Of a DNA stretch of 64,000 nucleotides, positions 48,001-59,597 are shown piece after piece. This DNA is from Yuukianura sp. NJ FZ-2021 (Eukaryota). The stretch is taken from assembly GCA_046563655.1 (NCBI GenBank), contig CM102289.1, forward strand, positions 1,302,001 to 1,366,000. Direction: 5' to 3'. The notes beneath the pieces were generated by a model, which ran no database searches, had not been told where the DNA came from, and saw nothing but the letters and a program-made list of their open reading frames with translations. The position numbers and the translations under genes were made by a program. Position 1 is the first letter of the stretch. Each line of letters opens with the position of its first letter.

Positions 48001-51000
48001 GTGCGACCAGTCTTTGACGCTTCGTGCCGTATGACAAAACGCCCGTCACTCAACCAGTGTTTGGAAAAAGGTCCAAACTGGCTGGAACTGATCCCTGCCA
48101 TGCTCATCCGGTTCAGAGAAAAGAAGATAGGAGTCATCTCCGACATCAGGAAAGCCTTTCAGATGATCTCCGTAGCACCAGAAGACCGTAAGTACCAGAA
48201 GTTTTACTGGTGGCGCGCCAATGGTGACAAGAAGGAGCTACAGCCATACCAACATTGCAGAGTGGTATTTGGACTGACGTGTAGTCCTTTCATTTTGGCG
48301 GCGATTCTGGACCTTCATTTGAGTCAAGTCAAGGAGCAATGGAAGTGTACTGCGGAACTACTCAGGCGGTCACTCTACGTGGACAACTGTGTGACGTCTT
48401 TCAACCACGAAGAAGAGTATCGCAAGTTCAAAATCGAAGCCATTGACATCCTGAGTGAGGCCAAGATGGATTTGAGACAATGGGAGTCACAAGTGGATCA
48501 AACTCCCATTCACCAAAGTGTCACGACCGTTCTGGGGTTACATTGGGACAAGAATAACGATACCCTGTATTGCCAAGTGCCCAAGGATTTTGATTCAGAA
48601 GTTATAACGAAGAGGGTCGTTCTGTCGCTGGTGTCCCAAGTGTTTGAGCCCATTGGATACGCAAGCCCGTCACTTCTACAACCGAAGTTGATGCTACAGG
48701 AAGCTTGGGCAACCGATTTGGGATGGGATGACCAATGGGACAATGACCGAAGAGAAGCATTCTTAAAATGGTACTCGGAGATCAGTGAATTAGAGAACAT
48801 CCGAATACCAAGACACGCCGTTGGATTGTCATCAGGCCCCGCCCGCATTCAACTCCATGTTTTTACTGATGCAAGTCAGTTGGCGTATGCTGGTGCAGTA
48901 TTTGTGAGAGTGGCTCATGGAGATGGTCTGATTACGGTTCAATTACTAGCATCTAAAGCCCGTGTAGCTCCACTCGACAAAAAGAAGAAGAACCGAGTCA
49001 CCATTCCCCGATTGGAACTGCTTGGGTGTCTCGTTGGTGCTCGACTGTGGGAAGCTACAGCTACAGCGTTGGACACGAAGAATGTCGTAAGTCACTTTTG
49101 GACCGACTCAATGACCGCTCTGTCCTGGATTCAAAAGAAGGAAACTGGGGCACTTTCGTTGGGAACCGGGTTAGTGAGATCGTCAGGTTAACAGGAGGCT
49201 CAAGTTGGCGACATATCCCTGGGATTTTGAACCCGGCGGATCTCCCTTCAAGAGGATGTCCACCCAAGGAGCTCCGCCAGTCAAAATGGTGGGAGGGACC
49301 GGAGTGGCTTTACCAAGAGGAATGTGACTGGCCCAAATCAGAAGCTGTTGTGGACGAGCAACTGGTAAACGCTGAAAAGAAGAAAACTACTCTCGTTGCC
49401 GTCCAAACTGACTCAGTAGAACCAAGGTTTTCGTCTTATTTGAAGAATGTACGAGTAGCAGCCTGGGTCAAAAGATTCCTGTACAACTGCAAGGTCAAGA
49501 CCGAAACTAACCGAATCAAGATTGCAAGCATTGGGAAGAAGGAGTTGTTGGCAGCAGAAGCGGATATCCTCAGAGATATTCAAAGGCGGTATTTTGGCCA
49601 AACTCCGAAATTGAAAAATCTGGATGTGTTTCTTGGTGAAGATGGGCTGTTGCGGGTGAAATCACGGCTCACATACAAGACAGACACAGATCAGTTCCGA
49701 AGCCCGATCTTGCTACCAAAAGAAGATCCCATGGTACATCTTCTCGTTTATCATGTTCATAGGAGCAGTGGTCATGGAGGGGTACAATTCGTCCTTGGGA
49801 AGTTACGAGAGAAGTATTGGCTTCCACAGGGTCGCAAAACTGTTGGAGCCGTACTACAGCGGTGTGTAGTGTGCAAGCGTCATAAAGGACATAGTCTACA
49901 ACCAGAAGCTGCTCCACTCCCAAAGGACCGCGTTGAAACGGTTTTCGCCTTCCAAACCACTGGAGTCGACTTAGCAGGACCGGTGATTTTGAAGGGAGGA
50001 AGCAAGGCATGGATTGTCCTCTACACTTGTGCCGTTTATAGAGGAATCCATTTGGATCTCGTCACTTCACTCTCCTGGGAAGCGTTCATTTCTTCGTTAG
50101 AACGTTTTGTGAGTGTGATCGGCCGGCCCAACCGCCTATACAGCGACAATGGGACAAATTTCGTGGGCACCCGGAACGTCATGAAACTGCTGGACTGGAA
50201 AACTTTGGAACGAGAATTTGAAGCCAAAGAAATCAAGTGGACTTTCAATCCACCCGCAGCGCCTTGGTGGGGAGGTTGGTGGGAAAGGATGGTTCGCTCA
50301 ACAAAGGAGTTGCTCCGAAGAATGCTAGGAAGCGCCAAGTTGACCCAGGAGGAGCTCCTCACTTGCCTAGCAACGGTGTCCGGAACGATCAACGATCGCC
50401 CATTGACAACGCTAACCGAGGATGGCGGAGACCTCATTCCCCTTACCCCAAGAATGTTTATGAGGGACCTTCCAATCGCTGTATTTCCAGAAGGTGACGA
50501 AATCGGAGCATCACAGTTGAGAGGTGCCTTCAAGAAGTTGCAAGAGCTTAAGGCGGCCCTCCGAGCCCGATTCCGAAAAGAGTATTTGGCGATGCTGGTC
50601 CAGAAGGGGAACGAGAAACCGTCAGTTGAGCCGAAAGTGGGAGATGTCGTCTTGATTGGCTACGATGACCGAAAGCGGTTCCAATGGCCTCTCGGGAAGA
50701 TTGTGGAACTCGGAGCAGGAGCCGATGGCAAAGTAAGAGTAGCCAAAGTCAGGATTGCGTGTAAACCCAAAGTCCCCGGAGACTATAGCTGTACAACCCT
50801 CACTCGCCCTCTTCAACGCCTTTATCCTTTGGAGATGTCCGTCAGGGAAGAGCGTTTCAAGACCATGAGGAAGGAGATTGTAGAAGAGGTCAAGAACCGG
50901 GCGAAAGTGATCTTAGAAGATGATGAGCCGGAAACAACCGATGGCGAAACTGTAACCACTCGGAAAGGACGTCTCGTCAAGAAACCTCAGCGTTATGGAA

Positions 51001-51547
51001 CGTGGAACTTTTAGGTTAAGTTAATGCTACATTTTCTTCAGTCCGTTTAGAGTTTCTTTTGTGTTAATTTTTTCTTTAATCGGTTCCTCTTAAAGAAAAG
51101 GTGGGAGAAATGTTAGGATGGCAATAAGTTAGAAGTTAGATTAGACTAGGTTGAATTTTCGTTCTAGAGTTTTTATTTTAAAGGTAAAAATTAGACGATA
51201 AATTAGGGCCACCGACCATTAGGTTAAGAAATATGTTTTAGCAGTGTTAGAACAATAGGTTCAAGTTAGTTTTCTGCTCTTGTCAATTTGAGACATAATT
51301 TTGAGTGGGAATTCAAAAAGTCGTCCGCGTCCTGTGTGAGTATGTGTGGCGTGGTTCCTTTGTTTTTTAGTAATAATAAGAAGTAAGGTTTTAGAGCTAG
51401 GAGAGAATAGGAGTGAAAAGTATTGTCCTCTTAGCAATTAATTAAATAGAGAATAAATTATCCAGAAATTAACCCTTTTTCGATCACGTCCTTCCACATT
51501 CAGTGTTCCGGTAGTCAACGGTTAGTCGACTACGACCGAGCCTAACA
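45021..51547 (+). mobile_element. Full-length BEL/Pao LTR retrotransposon (6527 bp)
   Basis: 437-bp LTRs (45021-45457, 51111-51547; TGTTAGG...CCTAACA), TSD GTATT, PBS-like TGGTGACCCTGG after the 5' LTR, and PPT AAAGAAAAGGTGGGAGAAA. Confidence 0.96.
45691..51014 (+). CDS. BEL/Pao gag-pol polyprotein with one frameshift near 49140
   Basis: KLPKIQLKTFNGD gag, triple Cys-His knuckles, LFDEGSQSSY protease, YLPHRPV/RPVFDAS/YVDN RT, HVFTDAS/TIPRLELLG RNase H, NPADLPSRG, GVDLAGP/SDNGTNF/PWWGGWWERMV integrase. Confidence 0.93.
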
Positions 51548-52396
51548 GTATTAATCGACAACGAAATCAGCCAAACCTATTATCTCATAATCCAAACAAT
51601 TTTGCTGTATTGTCTGGGAGTATATCCTAGTAGACTTATGGTTAACATGACATGTTCAATCTTTGCGGCACTCTTCTCACTGGCATATATCCATGGAATT
51701 TATATTGTAATGCTCTGTGCTTACTGTATGCTAATATACACCAATGCAACCCGTCTTTGGCTTCAAAAATTGAGGTAGCAATACACGTTTTCATTGTCAA
51801 AATGAAAAAAATGTCAAACAATTATTTTTGACAGCACAACTATGAAGCAAGAGACAAGGCTGGCGGACCAGAGTTCTACATACGTATGTCACCAGGTCAT
51901 GAACAAGTTTGGTAACGATGTATTTTCAGGCCTCGTCGAATTCATTTTGGTCGGAGCAATTATAATACTCATAATATTTGGTTATACTTTTGTCAAATTA
52001 TTCAATCTGCAATATATTATTATTCTTTTATTTTTCTTATTGGTTACTACAGTAATTGTGTTTATCCTGACGGAAGCAATCTGTTTAGCTGTTCTCTGTA
52101 GCGACAATTCTACCCAGTGTTGCAGAACTGGTAAATTTATGTTGCGCAACTCTACGCCATACTCAAGAAAATTTTGGATCTCAAGGAAGCCAATTGAACT
52201 CAAAGTTGGAGAACAATTTGTGTTGGACACCAAAGCCTATCTTCTCACAATTTATGGAGACATTGTACTCCAAAATGTCATCAGTCTTATCCTTACATTT
52301 TAATTCCACTATAAATTAGTTATAGCTCGTCGTTCGACAGTCTTCAACTAGGTGTCCTATTATGGGATCCGTCCAATTCCATCCTGTTTGATGAAA

Positions 52397-52464
52397 ACCT
52401 GTTAGCTGAATGGTTAGAGCTTTTCCTGGATTAAAGAGATATGGGTTCGAGTCCCACTCGTGTT
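52397..52464 (+). other. tRNA-derived (SINE-head-like or pseudo-tRNA) sequence
   Basis: Pol III A-box-like TAGCTGAATGG and B-box GGTTCGAGTCCC; no convincing anticodon or acceptor stem. Confidence 0.4.
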
Positions 52465-53754
52465 ATTTTTCCGTACTGACATTTTTGTTTCTCAAGTCTC
52501 GAGTGTCTCTTTAAACTCTCGAAACAAGCTCCTTTATAAAGTAGTCATATAGTTTATAGATTTATTTGGCAAATAAAATATATTTCCGCACAAGTTCGTT
52601 GAACCTAAGAATTCTGAATTTGAAAATTTTATGTTTCTAAAATTCCACACAAAGCGTTTACCAGACAACACACAAATAATGTATAAACATTTAATCTTGT
52701 CATTTGTTTTTATTTTATCTTATTGAGCAGACTACCTTTAAAACCCATGATACTAGATACCTTATTGGTTTTACATTCACTCCACAAAGGGTATGGGACA
52801 AACCCCGTAAGAAAGTATAGTCGGTACGATCTGGGTGAAAATTTTACCAGTTGTTGGAGTTGGTATGATGATTAAAATTTGGATGTCTTGGCCTTGAACT
52901 GGTCTTTAAAATACTTATAATTTTTGGAATTTTAGGCTCTTATCGTTCACTTCTTCATAAAAAAACCGCTTGTACAAAAAAAAAACAGCAGAAAAAAGAC
53001 TTATGTTTCCATAAAGTCCTCTGCTAAGTGCCCATTGGAGAATAGGAGATTGGTTAATTATTTACTTCTAATGACCTTTCAGTGTTTTAAAAGCAAAAAA
53101 AAATATGCCTTCGGTTTGTGTTTGTGTTAAGTGTTTTTTAAATTGTCTAATGCATTTTGGGTTTGTGTTTTTATATTTAGTTTTTATTTATTAGGTATTG
53201 AAAGTTACTGCATGCAATGATCTTGTCTTTCAGTCCGTCCGTCCGGAACTCAGCCAGCCATATGAACGCCAGTGTCGAATTGCCACCAAAGTAAAATTGT
53301 TTGGATCCACGACCAGTTCTATCGGTATATACTTTTGTACACCCCGATTATCCGAGGTGGATTATTTTTTATTTAAGCTAGACATCCCCACAAAATTTCA
53401 TTTCATGCTCCAAACTTTTATAGCCTCTTAAAATTTTTTAGGACTTCGTTAAAATTTTATATTGCCAAATAAAATGAAGGTGACTTCTTTTATGATTTAT
53501 AAAAAATGAAGGTGAAAGCTTTGGATTGAAGGCATTACTTTGGAAGTTAGTTTCACATTAGGAGCTAGATGTGCTACAATTATACCTACAATTAGAAAAT
53601 AGTTAACTAATACATCTAAGTTTCACATAAATCGAAGTCTGGATAAATCGAAGTATCTTAATTGTCACATATTGAAGACGGTTTAAAAATAAGTTTTATT
53701 TTTATTTTTTATTTTGCAAGTGTAAGTAAAATTTATAATTAAAAACGGTTTAAA

Positions 53755-55076
53755 ATGTTATCAGAAACGACGTGGAATTATTCTCTAAAATTAGTCCACG
53801 ATGGTTACAAGTGGAAGATCTATCATTTCGGACTTGTACGACAAGGCAATGAGTTAACTACAATAAAGAGTAATCACTCAATTATTTCCAAGGCAATTTG
53901 TGCAGTGAGTCTTGGGATAAATTTTGTCTGTATGATACTGTTTATTACTGGTGCCGCACTCCTACACCAAAACAAAGAGGTGTTTGTGTTTATGATTGGA
54001 TTAATTGCTGTCACCATCTTGTTCTGTGGAATGCAAAGTTGGCAGTTTACATACAGTGAACAAATTTTATCAATATTTTCAACATTCATAAAGTTCTATA
54101 ACACACTACGTAAGTTTCATCATTCAAATTTGCAGTCAGTATAATAATTTATAAAAATCATTGTTTTTGTTGTTTAGTCAAGTCATACAAGGTGCCACTA
54201 AATTCGAAGAAGGCGGATGGGTACGAAGTTGTGCTAAAATGGATACTAGCGTTGTATATTGGTGGCCGACTGCTTTTTACTCCGGCAACTATAACATTCT
54301 TAGTATTGATCGACAACGAAATTAGTCAAACATATTATTTCATAATCCAAACAATTTTAATGTATTGTTTCGGAGTGAATCCAAGTACGCTTATGGTTAG
54401 CATGGTATGTTTAATCGTTGCGGTAGTCTCCTCTATGGCATTTTTCCATGGAGTGTACGCTACGCTCCTCTTTGCCAATTGTGCCCTAGTATATACCAAC
54501 GCAACCCGGCTTTGGCTTCTAAAACTGAGGTAACAGTATTCCATTTTTAGTTTTAATATTTTGAAAAAAAAACTACAAAACAAAATATATGTTGTCCTGG
54601 ATAGTGAAACTATGGAACGAGATAGAAGACGGTTAGACGAGCAGGGTTCTATCTACGCATGTCACCAGGTCATGAACAAGTTTGGAAACGACGTGTTTGC
54701 AGGCGTTGTCCAATTTATTCTGTACACAGCAATCGTACTACTTATATTATTTTTCTATGCTTTTGTCAAACTTTTCAATCTGCGGTATGTTATCGTTCTT
54801 ATATTTTTCATGATAGTTACCATAGTAATTGTTTTAATCACAACGCAAGCAATCAGCTTAGCCGTACTCTGTCGTGTCAATTCGAGCAAGTGTTGCACTG
54901 ATGGTAAATTTATGCTGCGTAGCTCTACCCCATACTCAAGAAAATTTTGGATCTCAAGGAAGTCAATTGAACTCAAAGTTGGAGAACACTTTGTATTAGA
55001 CACCAAAGCCTATCTTCTCACAATTTATGGAGACATTGTACTCCAAAATGTCATCACTCTTATTCTTGCAATGTAA
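53755..55076 (+). CDS. Chemoreceptor-like multi-TM protein, copy E (exons 53755-54109, 54178-54529, 54605-55076)
   Basis: Open spliced frame, paralogous to copy B, with the conserved C-terminal motif. Confidence 0.72.
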
Positions 55077-55489
55077 CTTGACTTTATATTCAGTTGAAAC
55101 CACTGTAACAACGGTACTAAGACTTCACGATTCCATGTGAATTGGCCAAAAGTGAAATGGTCAAAAGTGAAATGGCCAAAACAAGAAAGTTAAAAGATCA
55201 ACATCAGGAAAAAATAATTATTTGCAGTGGGTAACTTGGATTTTCTTCACTTTTTTTTTACAAATACCTACGATCCCCTGAGCCCCTGACCATGAACATA
55301 TATATTCTATGGCCCGCTTTTAAAAATTTAGAATTTTTATAAAATTTTGAACCGGAAGCATTTAGCTTGTGTGTTCTATGTCATTACAACTCAACCAAAA
55401 CTATTGAAACTGGAAAAGTTCATTTCAGAAATACTAGCCAATATAACAAGAGTAATTTAGTAATTTAGTAATTTAGTAATACATTTAGT

Positions 55490-55604
55490 AATTTTGGAGT
55501 TCACGGCAACCCGTCTCTTTGTAATTGATACCAAGGCGTATCTGCTCACCATCTATGGAGACATTGTACTCCAAAATGTCATCAATCTCATCCTCACCTT
55601 TTAA
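55490..55604 (+). pseudogene. C-terminal remnant of a chemoreceptor-like gene
   Basis: FWSSRQP...FVIDTKAYLLTIYGDIVLQNVINLILTF*, closest to copy F. Confidence 0.8.
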
Positions 55605-57197
55605 GCAAATTTGAATTAAACCTACACTGCTAACAACGCACTAAACCTAGTGCAATAATTGATGTATTGTTGAGCCATAGGATCATTGGTAACTTTATGG
55701 CTTAATTCATAATCTAAACTTTTCTTGTTATTTAACACATTTTTCAACTTCAGATATGTGCGATCATAAGGACCTTTAAATTTCGACGTATCCTTAGAAA
55801 CAACTAAAGATAACAAATGAAAAACACACGTTTGATTGTTTCAGCAGGGAGTTTATTTTAAATATCTTGAAACTTCTGCTTTTGTTGGCTCATGCATTGT
55901 CAAACGCTTGTTCAATAAAAAGTCTTAAAAATCTTATAACAATCTAAAGAAAAGTAAATTGATCACCTGGGGGTGGCGAAAAGTCCTAGCGAGCAAAACC
56001 AATTTTTAAAAAGTATACTGGCTGACGTCACTCCGAGAGAAAGTACATGCTTAGTAAAGTTTTGAAACTATTTTTGAGTCGATGGCGAAAGTTTCGAGGC
56101 TAAAATGATGAAAATGTTTAGTAGCATGGTGAATGACGTAACTACGAGTGAAAAAATTTCGATAGGAGCTAGATCTTGAAAAAGCAATACGTGTAGGACC
56201 ATGCCTATTAAGGATTCTACTTACCTTGGGTTAATACAAAAAATATTAATATGAAATTTGGTTATGTACAAGAAAAGATAGGTGGACTACTTCGAAATTT
56301 TTTTTCAAACAGGTCCACTTAAAGGAAGGCTTAAGTTTTTTTAACTCAAAATTGAAAACTTCAAAAAAAAAGTTTAAAACCAAAGCCGTCTCAGCGGAGA
56401 CTGGATTGATGGGATATATTTAAAATGTTGTTGTTGTTGAGAAGCGCGGTTCACAGTGGGGCATAAGCAAAAATAACGCGTCACGGTTGGTTAGGGAAAC
56501 GCTAAGTTAAACTTATGAATTAAATTAAAATCAGATACCAAAATCAAAATTTACAAAAACGGAAATCAAGAAAATTATCCTTAACCCATAAGTAATCAAG
56601 AAGTTTACAGAATAAACTAAATATCATCACTTACCATGTTTGACATTTAATTTGCTGGCAATTTAAAAAGAAAATTGTTTACAGTGCAATGGCAATACTT
56701 TTAGAGTATTTTGAACTGTGTTTTGAAGTGAGTGAAAAATTCAATCTATGGAGTGTCAGGTAGACCGTCAAGTTATCTTAACCTAACCAGAAAATTGAAA
56801 ACGTGAAGTGTTTACAGTTACTATGTCGAGAATTTTGCAACTGGTTTCCCTCCATAATTGTGTATTTTTCAACAATTCATTGGTTTCCTCCGAAATGCAT
56901 GCCTTGTTTGGAAACAACCTGCCCCACTGTGCGATGGGACTCAATTTCGTAAGGTTCAAAACAAAAATATTTAGTTTTGATTAACTTTTCATGCTTTCGA
57001 AGTTCCTTGAACTACAAAACTTGTTGGCAAAGTTGTTTACTAAATTCCCAAGAAAAGATGACAACATCCTATACCTTCAGACATGACATAACATCAAACC
57101 CTTCGGTTCCAGTACATTCCAAACAAATTCTATTTCAAAATCCGAAGCTTTTTATACAAATTCATATTTTCTACTCGCTAAATAGAAATATTCCATC

Positions 57198-58526
57198 ATG
57201 ATTTCCGAAACTACTTACAAATATACTATAAAATTGTTTCAAGATGGTTACAACTGGAAGTCATTCAATTTCAAAATGATCCACCGTGGCAACGACCTTT
57301 GTCTTATCCGATGTGGCAACGACAGAATTCGTAAGGTAGTTACTGCATTAGCTTTAACCATCAATTTCATCCTAGTTGGAGTTTACTTCATTTTAACCGT
57401 TATGCTACGAGAAGAAAAGGCAGACCTTGTGTTTGTTTTTGGTCTTATTGCATCTACCACACTCTTTTGTGGAATGGAGTTGTGGCAGCTATTGTACATG
57501 GACGAAATTTTTGCAATTTTTTCAACTTTTCTTCAGTTGAATTGCTATCTTCGTAAGTTAACAAAGGAAAATTCAACATTTTAATACAATAATGTTATGC
57601 AATATAAATTTTCCTTTCCTACTCAGATAAAATTTATGGTTTGCCAATATTTTCTGCCAAATTGGATGGATGCGAGCGTGTGGCGAAACTTGCCACGATG
57701 GCGTTTGCTTATGCCCGAGTGATTGCTATTCCTATAATTGCAATATTTTTTGTATTCGTGGATAGTCCAATCGGCAGAGCATACTATCTCATAATGGATA
57801 CAATTTTCGAGATATTTTTTGATGCCAAATATCCGATACTTGGCGGTTCAATTATTCTGGTCATAGCAGTCATTGGAACCTTGGCAGCATTCAACGGCTG
57901 TTTCGCAATTCTTCTGGTCACTATGCCAGCAATAATTTATGCAAACTCAACTCGACTCTGGCTCCAAAAGTTGAAGTAAATTTTTCATAGTTAAAATTTT
58001 ATAAAAAAAAATTCTGTTGTAAACATTTTGCGTATCTGATTTTGTTTTGCTGGGTAGTGATACAATTGGTGATGCTACAAGGCAACAAAATCCAACTTTG
58101 ATTTACGTCTCTCACCAAGTCATGAACAAATTTGCAAACGATGTTTTTGCTGGCATCGCGCAATACAGCATCTGCAATGGAGTTGTTATGCTCATAATTT
58201 TTCTTTACACTTTTATCAAATTATTTAACCCAAAATACTTCTTTTTCCTTCAAATTTTCCTTTTGCTTTCGCTAGTCATTGTCTTTGCAATTACGGAAGC
58301 AATCAGCTTGTACGTTCAGTGTCATGACAACTCAACCGAAATTCTTGAAATAGGAAGATTTGAGTTGCGAAATACCAGCCGTTACTACAGGAAATTTTGG
58401 AGTTCACGGCAACCTATCGACATCAACATTGGACCACTCTTTGTAATTGATATGAAGGCGTATCTCCTCACAATCTATGGAGACATTGTACTCCAAAATG
58501 TCATCACTCTCATCCTCACATTTTAA
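57198..58526 (+). CDS. Chemoreceptor-like multi-TM protein, copy F (exons 57198-57552, 57627-57975, 58058-58526)
   Basis: Open spliced frame; the most divergent paralog; conserved C-terminal motif. Confidence 0.72.
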
Positions 58527-59082
58527 ACAAAAAAGTTAATTCAAATTACTGTGAACAGCAGTTTGAGACAAGTGTAATAATTAATGAAATTTTGAGTCAA
58601 ACTTACTTATTATTTGTAGATCCGTGGCTTGATTCATAAAGTAAATTTTTGTTTACATAACTTTTTTTTTAACTTAGCATTTCCAGTTAGATTGACAGAT
58701 CGGTTGTCCATAGAAACCAGTAAGCATTACAAACGGAAAACACCAATTTCCACCGTTTCAATGGGCAACAGATACGATCGTCCAATTACAACACGCGAAA
58801 TACTTTAAAACTAAAACAGTTCAAAACAAATTTTTGGTAAATAGCTTTTAGTCAGGCACGTGCAAGGTGTGGCAATTTAAAAAAAAAATTATAAGTGTAT
58901 AAGACATTCGAGTGTGTCGACACAAATATTCGACGTAATAAGCAATTTCTAATCACGCAATACAAAAGTAGCAAAAGAAAGTAGTAGAAAATAAAAAAAA
59001 ATTGTCTTACTATTCCATTTTTGTCTGTGTAAACGCGTCGAGAATAAAATCTTATAAATATTTCTGTGTTGAAACCGTCGAA

Positions 59083-59597
59083 ATGAAAATTTCGAAAGAG
59101 ATTGAATCTTTTCTTTATACAATTCCACTGCTTTCTTTTTATGTTCCGGGAATCCTTGGACAGGATTCTCATCAGGTTCAGTTACAAACGTTAACATTTT
59201 TTAAAGACTGCTGGACAGAGTTTGTCCGAATGGACATCGCCAGAAGTGATTCCATTGGAATTTGCCAGGTGAACAGCTCACTTGGATTTCCGATTGTTCT
59301 AATGTCTGAAAGCGGTCAAAAAATTACAAATATTGAGCTAAAGCAAACTTTTCAGCTAAAGTTCAAATGTCTCGCTGTTATATTTTGTGGACATGACAAC
59401 CTTAAATTCCTCACAAACAAGGCAGAAGGTTACAAGGCCATTAAAATCGCAATCCGTCATGTTCATCTTTCAACTGGAGATTTGTCCGATCCCACCCGCC
59501 AGAAAGGAAATCGCCAATCACACATGTGGTACAACAGATTGTTCAAATCTCAAAACAGCTTCATAGTTGGGCTCATGGAGCAAAATGTTTCATACCG
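59083..59597 (+). pseudogene. 5' part of an unidentified host ORF (signal-peptide-like start), apparently interrupted by the downstream LTR element
   Basis: Open frame MKISKEIESFLYTIPLLSFYVPGILG... in host-like composition switches abruptly to C-rich sequence at TGTAGGG (59598). Confidence 0.35.

Larger units (their letters stand above)
44465..52303 (+). pseudogene. Chemoreceptor-like gene, copy D, interrupted in exon 2 by a BEL/Pao element
   Basis: Exon 1 is 44465-44819. Exon 2 runs 44891-45020 and resumes at 51553-51774 (TITFFVL|IDNEISQTYY). Exon 3 is 51835-52303. Confidence 0.82.

Noticed and set aside
49026..49191. Programmed frameshift in BEL/Pao pol
   Set aside because: It falls inside the RNase H region of a family that normally has one ORF; a single-base loss explains it better.
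52397..52464. Functional tRNA gene
   Set aside because: A and B boxes are present, but no proper cloverleaf could be built; kept only as tRNA-derived sequence.
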